Shown here: piece after piece, positions 26,588-40,086 of the stretch
Numbering within the stretch: the stretch's first letter is position 1
Layout: each line of letters opens with the position of its first letter
Origin: Octopus vulgaris
Taxonomy: Eukaryota
Assembly (NCBI GenBank): GCA_951406725.2
Contig: OX597826.1
Location: 4,712,001-4,776,000, forward strand
Direction: 5' to 3'
DNA length: 64,000 nucleotides
Translations under genes and position numbers: made by a program
The notes under the pieces: generated by a model
Told to the model about the DNA's origin: nothing
Seen by the model: the letters and a program-made list of their open reading frames with translations, nothing else
Databases searched by the model: none

Positions 26588-26992
26588 TCTTTACTCTTTT
26601 ACTCTTTTACTTCTTTCAGTCATTTGACTGTGGCCATGCTGGAGCAACGCCTTCAGTCGAGCAAATCGACCCCAGGACTTATTCTTTGTAAGCCTAGTAC
26701 TTATTCTATCAGTCTCTTTTGCCGAACCGCTGAGTAACGGGGATGTGAACACACCATCATCGGTTGTCAAGCGATGTTGGTGGGGGGACAAACACAGACA
26801 CACAAACATATGCATACACAAACATATGCATACACATATACATATATACGACGAGCTTCTTTCAGTTTCCGTTCACCAAATCCACTCACAAGGCTCTGGT
26901 CGGCCCGAGGCTATAGTAGAAGACACTACCCCAAGGTGTCACGCAGTGGAACTGAACCCAGAACCATGTGGTTGGTAAGCAAGCTACTTACC
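26588..26992 (-). mobile_element. SINE family B, near full length, with internal CA/TA microsatellite
   Basis: Minus-strand head ggtaagtagcttgcttaccaaccacatggttctgggttcagttccact, CORE-like gacaccttggggtagtgtctt and (AAAAGAGT)n-like tail. Confidence 0.92.
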
Positions 26993-27093
26993 TCATAGAC
27001 ATCTATCTATATCTATCTATCTATTTATCATCATCAGAAGATATATATATATATATACTAAGAGAAAAAGAGAGATACGTAGAAAAATACATG

Positions 27094-27139
<46 letters not shown>

Positions 27140-27676
27140 CTGTGTGTGTGTGCATTTGTGTATGCATGTGTGTGTGCTTGTGCGTTTGTATGTAAGCATA
27201 TTTTGTGTGATTCTGTGTCAATATTCTTTGTGTGTGTACGTATGTGTGTGTACTTGTGATATGTGTCTGTAGATGTGAGACCATGTGAGTGTGTGTGTGT
27301 GTGTGTCTGTCTGCCTGTCTGTTTGTCTATGTGTTCGTGGATGTGTGTGAGTGTATATGCGTGTTGCTGTAGTCCTACATAAACATATGTTTTTCAACAA
27401 ACGTTATCGCGGTCATTTTCGTTCCATATCTCTTTGGTCTGTCAATCTGCCTGTCTTCCATTTCCTAAACACTCATCAACTAGCCACCCCAACCCGTCTG
27501 TACTCACCCACTTTTTTTTCTTTTCAGACTTCGCTTCTTCTCTATAGCGCTGTTATGTTTCATTGTTTCATCGGCTCCATTTTTTTTTTTTATTATATAA
27601 ATGCATACATATGTATTTGTATACACGCTTCCTTACAAGAATGCAAAATTGCCAGATACTTACGTACATGTGAGCG

Positions 27677-27910
<234 letters not shown>

Positions 27911-28093
27911 GAAGAGAGACAGATTGTAATATAGGCATTTCTAAGTAATATGACAAAGAAATTAATAATATCCAACATGTCAAAAAACCAAACTTACAAC
28001 AGTTGTGTCTTATTTTTTACTCTCAAAATTAATTCACAATATGTATCTTGTTAAGGATGGTACAAATCTATAGCAATAATATTATAGAACAAG

Positions 28094-28146
<53 letters not shown>

Positions 28147-28149
<3 letters not shown>

Positions 28150-28368
28150 TTTTATGTTTTACCTGTTTCAGTCATTTGACTGCGGCCATGCTGGAGCACT
28201 GCCTTAAGTCGAGCAAATAGACAACAGAGCTTATTCTTTATCAGCCTAGTACTTATTCTATCGGTTTCTTTTGCCAAACCGCTAATGTTGCGGTTACATA
28301 AACACACCAGCATCGGTTGTCAAGCGATGTTGGTGGCGGGACAAACACAGACACAGAAACATGCACGC

Positions 28369-28455
<87 letters not shown>

Positions 28456-28617
28456 AACTCTGAGTTCAAATTCCGCCGAGGTCGACTTTGCTTTTCATCC
28501 TTTCGAGGTCGATAAATAAAGTACCAGTTTCGCACTGGCCTCGATGTAATGGACTTAATCCCTTTGTCTGTCCTTGTTTGTCCACTCTGTGTTCAGCCCC
28601 TTGTGGGTAGTAAAGAA

Positions 28618-28666
<49 letters not shown>

Positions 28667-28808
28667 CGACGGGCTTCTTCCAGTTTCCGTCTACCAAATC
28701 CGACCAAGGCTTTGGTCGGCCCGAGGCTATAGTAGAAAGCACTTGCCCAAGGTGCCAAGCAGTGGGACTGATCGTATGACCATGTGGTTTTGTAAGCAAG
28801 CCACTCTT
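28147..28808 (-). mobile_element. SINE family B interrupted by a nested family A copy
   Basis: 3' half at 28147-28360 and 5' half at 28668-28808 both match the 26588 copy. Confidence 0.9.
28451..28620 (+). mobile_element. SINE family A, 5'-truncated, nested in the internal microsatellite of family B
   Basis: ctgagttcaaattccgccgaggtcgactttgc...agccccttgtgggtagtaaagaaata. Confidence 0.92.
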
Positions 28809-29972
28809 GATGCTGATAAAAGTGCAATAACTCCCGAAATATGTGTATACAGTAGTTAACTTTTTTTAAATCTTCGATCGCATTGTTTACGTAGACTTAT
28901 TCGTATACGAATCTACGTACCTTACAGTGGTTGCTCTAAATTCTATAGGGAATCTATAGTTTAACATTTAAAAATGAGAATATTGCACTGATAATAAAAA
29001 AAAAGACACGATATTGACTTCTAAACCTTTAATATGCTTCATTAGTATATTCTGGATGCTATACGGACTGCTATGGTATTGCTAGTTATTATATATATAT
29101 ATGTTCAAATTTATATTTCATTGTGTTTGTAAGTCCTTCTCATCAATTGGGTTTCGTTATTATAGTTGTATTATAGTTGTATCATAGAGAATTGAGCATT
29201 CTACAGAATCAGGCTTACTAGCGCAGTGTGTGTGTGTGTGTGTGTGAGTGTGTGTGTGTTTGTGTGTACATGTCAGTGCGTTTGTATGTGTGTGTATGTG
29301 TGTGTGCCTGGCTGTGTGCTTTTGTTCCATAGCACGCACCATAGATGCTCCAGCAAGTAGTGAGGACAAAGCAAATGATTGATAGCTTGTTCTACATAAG
29401 GTAGGGGTTAGCATCTTAGTGTGAGAAAAAGAAGAATAAGGAGTAGGGTTGGTGGCGATGATGGTGGTGGTGGTAGTGGTGGTGGTGGCGGTGCTGATAG
29501 TAGCTGTAGTAGTAGTAGAGAGTAATAAGATGGTTTGGGTTAGAAAAGTTACGAAAACGCAAAGAACAGGGGGAGATTGTGTGGTTAGTGGCTATGATGG
29601 TGGAGGAGGGAAAAGTTTTAAACATCTGCAAAGTTAAAGCTTAACAAGGCTAATTAGTAACTTGTCTTCGTTCCGGCGAGAATTCGTTGGCAAGAAAGGG
29701 AACGCAACGAGACATCAACAGGGAAGCTAAATAGGGGTCAGGTGGGAGAGAGAAGAGGAAGGGAAAATATACAAGGCGGAAACAAAAACAAATTAGTAAG
29801 ACAAAAACTACACACATACATCTACACGCACCTGCATACACACACACATATATATTTACTCACGCTTATACACGCATTCGAATAGACGCTTATACGCGTA
29901 TGTATGTATGTATGTGTGTAGAATGGGATCTACACATTGTGGTCAATTTCGGTTGGAGCCTTTGCAATAATA

Positions 29973-30191
29973 AAGGATTCAAATGTTAACATAGGCCCAG
30001 AAGTTTTGAGGAGAGAGAAAGTCGATTACATCGGGGTCCCCAGTAATTTACTGGTACTCATTTTATCAAGTCCGAAAGGAAAGAAAACCAAAGTCGACCT
30101 CGACGAACTTTGAACTCAAAACGTAAATACGAGCAATAAGCCGCTAACCGATTTTTCTGGCTTGCTAACGATTCTGCCAGCCTGCTGTCTT
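29973..30191 (-). mobile_element. SINE family A
   Basis: caaagtcgacctcgacgaactttgaactcaaaacgtaaa...tgctaacgattctgccagc. Confidence 0.85.
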
Positions 30192-30877
30192 TCAAATTCT
30201 GAGTGATAACCTTTGAAATACTAATAACAGGATGACAACATTATCAGTCCATATATGTTTGTGGTTTTCACTGTATGTGTGCGTGTATGTGTGTGTGTAT
30301 ATATATATATATATATTTTATTCTTGTTATTTTTTTCAGTCATGTGGCTGCGGCGATACTGGCAGACTACCTTGTAGGCATGCGTGTGTGTGTATTTGTG
30401 TGTGTATTTGTGTGTGTATGTGTGCGTGTGTGTGTATGTGTGCGTGTGTGGGGGGGCGTAAGAAAAGGAAATGATAAAAGAATAAACGATTATCTTATGA
30501 CTTCAGTAGGCTACAGTTGTTTCTGCTATGAGTTGAGTGCTTGAGTAAAACCGCACAGCTTCTCCAGAGCCTCAAATATGGATAGTCTTGCGGACAGAGA
30601 CAGATATACACAGACAGAGACCGTTACCATGCTGGGGTACAATCCATTGTTATTTTGGTCGTGTATATCGATCCTTCGATTCATGTGCAGTTGTCGGTTC
30701 CTTTGTGGTACTATTGCGAGATATAAATTCATGAATTATAGACTAAGATTATAGAATCGATACCAGTTATGTACTGGACTCGATAAGATGGTTCCCTCAT
30801 CTGAAACATGATTCTTGGTTCTTATTTTAAGAGATAAAGAAGAATAGTGATATAAAGATATCAATGGTTATTCTAGG

Positions 30878-30935
<58 letters not shown>

Positions 30936-31203
30936 TAAGAGAGAAACTAATAACAAACAGACATAAAAATATGTAATGGGAAAATATATCACTGGACAAG
31001 TTAAAGACATTCGGGTAATAGAGAGCGAAAATGACCCAAGGGCATATAAGCCGAGTCAGACATAACTAATCACGTAGTGTAAGACCATTTTCAGACATAA
31101 CTAATGAAAAACAGATATTCCGGAGAAAGATGTGAAAATTGAAATCTAGAGATAAAGCATTGGTCAAGTATGAACAGGGAAAAACAAAGGACGTGCGTGT
31201 TTG

Positions 31204-31264
<61 letters not shown>

Positions 31265-31534
31265 CGTGCGCGCTGAATCTAATAATATTAATAATATATG
31301 GCTTTGTTTTAATCTTGGCTACTGCTGGTTGTGAACGTAAAATGAAAGGGGAAAATGCAGTATTTAATCCCCGACGCGTTTGAGCTGCTAATATGCTGTC
31401 TTTCGATTGCAGCCATCGCTATCTCCGCGGATAGAGGGCGCTTGACAATGAAATCTCGTTTTTCATCGTTTACGTCAATTTTGTTTCGATTAGTGCCCCT
31501 TACTTCTTTGCGAAGCTGAGTAAGTTTGATGCGC

Positions 31535-31589
<55 letters not shown>

Positions 31590-31976
31590 GAGAGAGAGAG
31601 AGAGAGAGGCCAAGGTACAAAAAAAAAAACCGGAAGCGACGAGGAAAGAAAACAGGCAAACAAGGGGCGGGGGAATAAAATAGACAAAGATATACCCTAG
31701 ATATAAATCTAACTGTCTATATATATATATATTTTTTAAATTAGCACATTTTGCTATTGTTCTAATTATAACATTGAAAACACATGCTATAATACAGAAG
31801 TTGGAAATGTAAAGAAAGTTCTAAGGTAGATATTACACATCGCTTAATTCTCAAGGACGAGTGTTTTCTCTGAAATCTGGGGTTAGCTTTGTCTTGTGAA
31901 TTTTCATTCAAAATTCCCAGAGAAAAAATATGCGTCTGCGTAATCATATTGCTGTTGATATGTATGTATGTATGTG

Positions 31977-32278
31977 TGGCGGTCCATGGCCTAGTAGTTA
32001 GAGCAGCAGATTCGCGGTCGAGGGATCGCGCGTTCAAATCTCAGACCGTGCTATGTGGGTGTTTATGAGCGAAACACCTAAGCTCCACGCGGCTCCGGCA
32101 GAAGGTAGTGGCGAACTTCTGCTGACTCTTTTGCCACAACTTTCTCTCACTCTTTCCTCCTGCATTCTGCAGCTAACCTGCGACGAACCGGCGTCCCGTC
32201 GTGGCGGGAAACCTATACGCCAAGGACACTGGGAAGCCGGCCCTAATGAGCCACGCATGGCTCGAGAAGGAACAAACA
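31977..32278 (+). mobile_element. tRNA-head SINE sharing its 3' tail with the 55185 copy
   Basis: Head tggcctagtagttagagc...gttcaaatc; tail ctgcgacgaaccggcgtcccgt...tacgcca resembles ctgcgatggactggcgtcccgt...tacgcca at ~55335. Confidence 0.8.
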
Positions 32279-32389
32279 TACAATGTATGTATGTACGTAC
32301 GTGTGTGTATGTGTGAGAGAGAGAGAAAGAGAGAGGGAGAGAGAGTAGTGATGTATGGTTAGATACGAAGTTAGAGTTTATATGTGCGT

Positions 32390-32652
32390 TGAAGCGACTG
32401 GCTTAGTGATTAGGGTTTTAAGTTTTCAATCGTTTGGACATGAGTTCGATTCCCGATGGCAAAAATGAGTGGTAAGTGTATTTCAAAGGGCCAGCCTTCT
32501 CATATTATGTGTCATGCTGAATCTCCCTAAGAACTATGTTAAGGGTGCGCATGTCTGTGGAGTGTTCAGTCACTGGTTCGTTAATTTCACGAGCAGGCTG
32601 TTCCGAAGATCTGATCAGCTGAAAGCGTCACCGCCGTAACCGACGGAATACT
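32390..32652 (+). mobile_element. SINE family C, internally deleted
   Basis: tggcttagtgattaggg...gagttcgattcc...tgtatttcaaagggccagcc...aatttcacgagcaggctgttcc...gtaaccgacgga. Confidence 0.85.
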
Positions 32653-32710
32653 ACATGTGTGACTGCCATGTACAATAAATGATTCGTACGATTTTCTGTC
32701 GATTGTATTA

Positions 32711-32855
32711 TGAGGGGGCTTTGGGTAAAGGAAAATGCAGGCGGATCAATTAATTATGATAATTTATTCAACATATTCCCCTCTCAGATTCACCCACTCA
32801 TTTAGAGGCCATTTTCGCGATGCCCTTAAGGCCAGGAACTTTTTAGTACCCCTCA
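32711..32855. mobile_element. Miniature mariner-derived element (MITE-like) with TA TSD
   Basis: TA|tgagggg ... cccctca|TA. The right end reads tgaggggtactaaaaagttcctggcctt on the minus strand (mariner-type TIR). The left TIR appears internally deleted. Confidence 0.65.
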
Positions 32856-34515
32856 TATGAATATAATAAATGTGTGCAAATACACGAAACCGCTAGCACA
32901 CACACACACATGCACACATACACACACACACGCACACACACACATGTACACATACACACACACATACACACAATCACGCACACACATATAACTCGTTGTG
33001 AGCATAAAATTAGATCAGTGCTTGGTGACCATTTTTGTTTGTATATATGTCTGTGATATTTTGATGACTTCTATAAAAAGGACGCGTATACCAGCATTGT
33101 ATGACTCTGTGTGCGTGTGTATGTGTGTGTGTGTCTGTCTGTTTGTCTGTATGGGTATATACTGTTTTTTTTTTGTTTCTGCCCAGACATGCGCTGTTGC
33201 GTATGTATATATATAATGGCCATTGAACAGAATAATTCAGTATCTGTATATATGTGTGTGTGTGTGTGTAAGAAAATATATATGTATATATATACATATA
33301 TATGTCTATGTATGCATGTACGTAAGTTTTTGTATGAATGTACGTGTGATTGTTTGTATGTATGTATGTATGCATGTATGTATGTATGTATGTATGTATG
33401 TATGTATGTATGTATGTATGTATGTATAGAATGATGTGTATATTTTGTATGTATGCCTGTGAATCTATGCATTGTAAGTATGTACGTTTGCATATGTGGT
33501 TAGAGAAATTCTTGGAATTACCAAAGTCGTCTTCGTGTAAGAGCAATCCATCATAACAAGTAAATAGAGACTCCAAATAGACAGAAGAGCCTCGTTTTCA
33601 CTTTGATTCCAGCTCATATACTAAATAGATTAGGACTGTTTACAGCCTCGAATTCATTGGCATGGCTAAATTTTAAGTGTTTATTTCTCCCATCACTAAT
33701 TCAGATTCTCGTGTCAACTGGACTGTGTGTTGTTCGTTGTTAGCGGATGTAGGACATGTAGTGGCCTCGTGGTGGCGAGGGTGTTGGTACTGTGGTATGG
33801 AAGTGGTGTAATATGGTGTAGATTGATTCGTGTGTGTATGTGTAGACTTTGTCCTTTTGTGGCCTTTACTGTGTAAGGTCTGTGTGTTTGAATATACGTA
33901 TGTCTGCGTCTGTGTTTCTGTGTGTACGCCTGTCTCTAAATGTATGCGCTTATGTTAGAGTCCATACACGTAGAGATAAACGTACACACAGAAACACACA
34001 CACACACACAGGCAGATACACACATATATTTATGTATATATGTGTGTGTACGCATGAATGTATGTATTTCTATAAATATATGCGGATGTGTGAAAATGTT
34101 TAGGTTACTAAACGATAATGAATATGTATATTTTCTCCTCTACATAATCTATGTGTCCCTATGTGCTAATGAGTTTAATTAGGCGCATGAAATTGTATAT
34201 GTATGTAGGTATCGATATTTGATTATTATACGTACATGGGCACAACTAAAAGTGTATTCTCTTATCTACGCGTATACGCGTGTGTATACGTGTGTTCATA
34301 TACATATGTATATATATGGACACACATACACACGGATGTGTGTATGTGTTGTATTTGCTCCATGTGTAAGCATATTGATGTTCGCTTTCCAACTCATTTT
34401 CTCTATCTGTGTTCTGCTGGTATTTCTTTATACGCTTTTGCGTTTGTTTGCAGTCGATTGAGCATCTATTCGTGTGTGTGCGTGTGTGTGTATGTGGGTA
34501 TGCGTGTATGTGTAG

Positions 34516-34565
<50 letters not shown>

Positions 34566-34714
34566 ATGAATATACGTGTCTGAGCGCCTGTGTGCACACA
34601 CAAACACATACATACATATATATCGACTCAAAGAACAGCATGTACGCGCATGCACATAAACACAGAGAGAAATATATCCAAACACTCATAACCAGATGAC
34701 ACCAAACACACACA

Positions 34715-34795
34715 CACACACACTCACACAGGGATACGCACATCAGAGACATACGCACACACACTCACTCACACAGGGATACGCACATCAGACAC
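34715..34795. repeat. Short tandem duplication (~45-bp unit)
   Basis: cactcacacagggatacgcacatcaga occurs twice. Confidence 0.8.
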
Positions 34796-35188
34796 ACACG
34801 CATACACACATACAACTACACAACGCACACAAGCACGCACATATAGACTTCGGCTATGATTCCTATTCGAATTAATAGTCCATCCTCTGATAACATCGGT
34901 ATATTAACTCAATATGCTCCATGGATCTTGAAGATGTCATCGAGATAAACAGGTCGATAAGTACCCCCAGTATAGTACTTTATCTACTTAGTTAATACAT
35001 TCTCAACGCACACAACTAACTTCATAAGTACTGCCAGCAATTTACTGGAAAACAAATACATAAGTAAATAAGCGGACTTCTTATCGCCAATGTCATTCCT
35101 ACGAAAGGTTGGCGAATTGGCTTTCTACACATGCATGCGTACGTTGACGTACGTATATATATATAATGTGAGTACGTGTGTATGTATG

Positions 35189-35241
<53 letters not shown>

Positions 35242-35812
35242 ACACACGCGCACACACACACATATATATATACGCACGCACATTTATACATATATATTTA
35301 TCGTAATGACGCCGAGAGGATGACTATTCAAAGGAAGAACTGTATTTTGCGAAGTGGTATTAATGTATTTAATGGGAATAAGCCCCACGGAGAGCTTGTC
35401 CCTTTCGATTACTCACGTGCTCGCTACGATGCTACGATTTTACGCGAGAAAGATGCGTGTGTTGCTGCTTAAGTCTGCCACCACTCACCTCTGTTTATTT
35501 AGGGCTCCGCCTGACACCACTCCAGCTGTTTTGGGAAATGCTTTTTATTTATTTATTTTCTTCTTTAGGCAGCCATGTTATAAGATTCAGTGGTACTTGT
35601 TTACGAAGAATGACTCTTGTCCGAAACGTTTGATAGTTGTATCCGGCAGCAAATGAGTACAATTCTTTATGAACTTACGCGTATGACTATTCCACCTCCC
35701 TTCCCTCCATCTCTGTTTGTCTCGCTTTCTCCGTCCCTCTCTCTCCCACCATTCGCTCTCTCCCTCCCTTCTCTCTCTCTCTGTCTTCCTCCCTCTGCAT
35801 GTATATGTATAT

Positions 35813-35917
35813 GGACCCCAAAAAGATGAAAGGCAAAGTCGACCTCGGCGGCATTTAAACTCAGAGCGTATAATGACAAACGAAGTGACGTTATGCATTC
35901 TGCCAACTCGTCGCCTC
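35813..35917 (-). mobile_element. SINE family A fragment
   Basis: gatgaaaggcaaagtcgacctcggcggcatttaaactcaga...attctgccaactcgtcgcct. Confidence 0.85.
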
Positions 35918-35961
35918 AACAACAACAACAACAACAACAACAATAATAATCATAATAACAA

Positions 35962-36172
35962 CTGTAATATAGGTATAGTGTCTAAAATTTGGGGTAAGGG
36001 ACTAGTTGATTATATCGATCCCAGTGTTCAACTGGTACTTAATATATCGATCCCGTAAGGATAAAAAGGTAAAGTTGGCCTCGACAGAATTTGAACTCAG
36101 AACGTAAAGACGGAGGAAATGCCACTAAGCATTTGCTCCGGCGCGCTAACTATTCTACCACCTCGCCGCCTT
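35962..36172 (-). mobile_element. SINE family A, near full length
   Basis: cccagtgttcaactggtactt...gaatttgaactcagaacgtaaagacgga...ctcgccgcctt. Confidence 0.88.
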
Positions 36173-36225
36173 CCTTATAACTATACAACTAGAATATTAA
36201 CAATCATAATAATAATAACAATAAC

Positions 36226-36268
<43 letters not shown>

Positions 36269-36906
36269 TGTTCCCTAATGACCAGGTTCGGAACTGTTAC
36301 AGGCTTGTTCAAGCGTAAACTTAATGGCGGATTAGTTTTCCGTTAATACGAAATAATCTGTGAGCGACAAAAATACGAACTGGGGGAGGTAAATGGAGGG
36401 ACGCTGTAGTGTTGGATATATTGTGACATCAGCAAAATTATCATTGATGAAAACGGGACCAGCTGAGCCCCACTCTGATTATAAGTAATTTCTTTTTTTT
36501 TTTTTTTTTTTTTGTATGAGATTTTGTTTTCTTCCTTCGCGGATTTTCATCTCTTTTGTTTGGTTCATTCACAAAAGGACAGATACACTCACTGGCACAC
36601 AGACGCTCATATTTGATATGAATATACATGTATGTAAATACGTGCATATAAATATATGCCATTATGTGTATGAACGCATTCAGGTAGACAATGTCATGTA
36701 TGTATATGCATTTATACATATATATGCATATACATGTTTATATAGTTACAAACCTATATTAATATATACACACAAAAAGTATTTGATGTTGCATATCTGA
36801 CTGCGTGCATGTCTCCATATGTGTCGTTGTGTACGTATATCAATTTAGGTCTTTATGCATCTATGTATGTTTTTGTGTATGTTTATGCATCTGTGTATGT
36901 GTTTAT

Positions 36907-37232
36907 TGTGAAGGCGCGTGGCTTAGTGGTTAGGGCATTCGGCTCACGATCGTAAGGTCGTGAGTTCAATTCCCGGCGACGCGTTGTGTCCTTGAGCAAC
37001 ACATTATATTTCACGTTGTTCCAGTCCACTCAGCTGGCAAAACTGAGTTGTACCTGTATTTCGAAGGGCCAGCCCTGTCACACTTTGCGTCATGCTGAAT
37101 CTCCCTGAGGACTACGTTAGGGGTACACCTGTCTGTGGATTGCTCAGCCACTTGCACCTTAATTTCACGAGCAGGCTGTTCCGTTGATCGTATCAGCTGG
37201 GACCCTCATCGTCGCAACCGACGGAGTACTCC
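36907..37232 (+). mobile_element. Full-length tRNA-derived SINE family C with 11-bp TSD
   Basis: A-box-like tggcttagtgg, B-box-like gagttcaattcc, CORE-like gtgtccttgagcaa. TSD tatgtgtttat at 36896-36906 and 37233-37243. Confidence 0.92.
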
Positions 37233-37501
37233 TATGTGTTTATATATATAAGACAATCATGCACAGCTGAGTAGTAAAATATTAATCCACTTTGCAGCCA
37301 AACATACATACAGATGCAAGACACTGAGAGTCACGTGTGCAAAACAGACGCTTCTCAGCACGCTGCAAATGCAACACAGCATTTAATGTCTTTGTGTGTG
37401 TGTGTGTGTGCATACGAGTACCACGCGGACCCGTCAACATACACCCATGGCTTCAACATTCAAAAAGCACCCATACAATATATATATTTATATATGTCTG
37501 C

Positions 37502-37662
37502 AGGCGTAGGAGTAGCTGTGTGGTTAGCAGCTTGCTTACCAACCACATGATTCTGGGTTTAGTCCCACTGCGTGGGACCTTCGGCAAGTGTCTTCTACTA
37601 TATCCTCGGGCCGACCAAAGCCTTATGAATGGGTTTGGTTGACGGAAGCTGAAAGAAACCCG

Positions 37663-37704
<42 letters not shown>

Positions 37705-37712
37705 TCTTTTAC

Positions 37713-37753
<41 letters not shown>

Positions 37754-37972
37754 AATGTATGTATATATGCTCGTGTGTCTGTACTTTCCCTCTACCATCA
37801 CTTGACAACCGATGTTGGTGGGTTTACGTCTCCGTATCTTGGCAGAAGAGACCGATAGAATAAGTACTAAGCTTACAAAGAATAAGTCCTAGGGTCGAAT
37901 TGTTCGACTAAAGGCGGTGCTCCAGCATGGCCGTAGTTAAATGACTAAAACAAGTAACAGAATAATGGAATA
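37502..37972 (+). mobile_element. Full-length SINE family B with internal (TA)n
   Basis: aggcgtaggagtagctgtgtgg...gaccttcggcaagtgtctt...ggcggtgctccagcatggccg...aaacaagtaa. Confidence 0.92.
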
Positions 37973-38144
37973 ATATATGCACATATATACACAAACTAAA
38001 TACACAATTTTACGAACATTTACCTTTTAATACTTCACATAGACATAGAAATCTCTAGCCCACCATATGTAATTGCACATTTTGGCCTGTATCCCCCACC
38101 TCTCTATCTCTTCTTCCCTACCTGTTGCCCCCCTCTCTCTCTCT

Positions 38145-38199
<55 letters not shown>

Positions 38200-38624
38200 G
38201 TATGTATATATGATCACTCGTAAATATACAAGAGTATGCGCATTAAGGTATATGCAACACAGTTGATCGTTGAAACAATGCGATTTCTGCCTATTCTCCG
38301 AACACCTATTTTGTCTCTATCTCATGTCTGTCTGTATGTTGGATGGGATGTCCGTCTGTCTGTCTGTCTGTCGTTTTGGCCGTCTTTGCTTGCTTGTCTT
38401 TTATTTTTACACGTTTTTAAAAAACTTTTTTTTTATTTGCAACAATTCAATCGATACTAATGACAATGTGTACAGCCAGAAGGATTCCAATTAGCGAAAG
38501 ATCGATTTTTCTGAAAGGATTGATAGGGACCGAGCTAATTTTAGAGAAAGCAATTTCACAGCAAGGAGACTGAGAGACGAAGAGAAAGAAGGAGACGATT
38601 AGAGAGAGAGAGAGGGAGAAAGAG

Positions 38625-38665
<41 letters not shown>

Positions 38666-39896
38666 ACAGATTTATAGAGATTGATAGTGTGTGAGTGTGT
38701 ATGTGTGTCAAATATAAGAGAAGGGATGCAATCGGCAAAAAATATGTGAGAATCCTGGTGAGTGAGAGAGTGGGAATAGAAAGGTGCTAATGTGAATATG
38801 AAGGAGAGAGGGAGAGAGAGAGAGTGGGAGGGAGAGAGAAAGAGAGAATGACGGTGAGAACAAACAAGGGCTTCGGAGAAAACAACTAATATTTGAAAAA
38901 AAAAAAGACAGAGACAGACAGACAGACAGACGCAGAGAGAGAGAGAGAGCGAAAGAAAGGAAAAGGATTTTTTTTTAAACAAAAGGAACATTGCATCTTT
39001 TGTCCAGCCGTCATTCCTGTTGCAGATTTAATTGTTTTTCTTGTTTATATTGTTGTTGTTGTTGTTGTCATTAATTATTATTTTCGTGATAGTAGTAGTA
39101 GTGGTGGTTATAGGTGTAGCAATAAACAACTTACTACATGTAGTTATATCCCTTTATTTTCTCAGTTTATAATCCCGCTGGTACTTTATCAACCAGCTTT
39201 CCCTTTCTTCTTTGTGGGTCGATACAAAAAGTACTAGTGAAAAACTATGGTCGATATTATCGACCATCTTATGCATTTCTGTGCCTATTCTAGAAACTCT
39301 TATAATTATAATTGCTATTAGAGCACTCTAGAAGTAATTACATTTAGAGCTCACTACAGTTTTTATTATAAGCTTCTGGAAATATACCAAACAAATCAGT
39401 CTTTTTTTATTCGGGTTGCAGCAACTTTTTCTTTTCTTTTAAGCCAAATCCTTTGCGAAAAAGAAAGACAAAAATGTGAACATTACAAAATCTCGTTATT
39501 ATCATCCATAAATGTACAATGTGTTACTTATATATCATTATTACTGGTTTATATCATAATGATATTTTTGTCTTAAAAATGTGTATGATTTAGAGTAGAA
39601 TTTGCCTGCCGAACTGCATCGAGGCGGAAAAGTTCAATTGTATTTGAGAAACAGCAGGCGAATATTATATATCTTCAAGTTCTGTGATTAGCAGAACCCG
39701 TGACCTAGTATTCAAAATGCTCTACTCACGATCATGAAACTATGCTCGATTTTCTGACTGAGCAGAGCTCTTCCGCAATACACTTCGTTTCCCTTTGCTC
39801 TGCGATAACTTCGACATATTACGTGTGGCACACCGAGGACCTGGACACACGGCGTCGATTTCATGAAAGGAGTGTGCTAATATTTAGCGCTAATAA

Positions 39897-40086
39897 TCCT
39901 TTCTACTACAGGCACAAGATTTGTGGTGGTAGTGGTGGTGGTTGTGAATAGTCAATAACATCGCAACCCCGAAAGGATAAAAGGCAATGTCGACTTCGTC
40001 GGTATTTGAACTTAGCACATGAAGACGGACGAAATGCTGCTAAGCATTTCGCCCGGCATGCTAACGGTTTTGCCGGTTCGCCACCT
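39897..40086 (-). mobile_element. SINE family A with ~19-bp TSD
   Basis: Flanked by taatatttagcgctaataa (39878-39896) and taatatttagcacaaataa (40087-40105). Confidence 0.88.

Noticed and set aside
36907-36985. tRNA-like sequences here and at 31977, 55185 and 16550
   Set aside because: A/B boxes continue into repeat bodies, with TSDs at 36907 and 55185. These are SINE heads, not tRNA genes.
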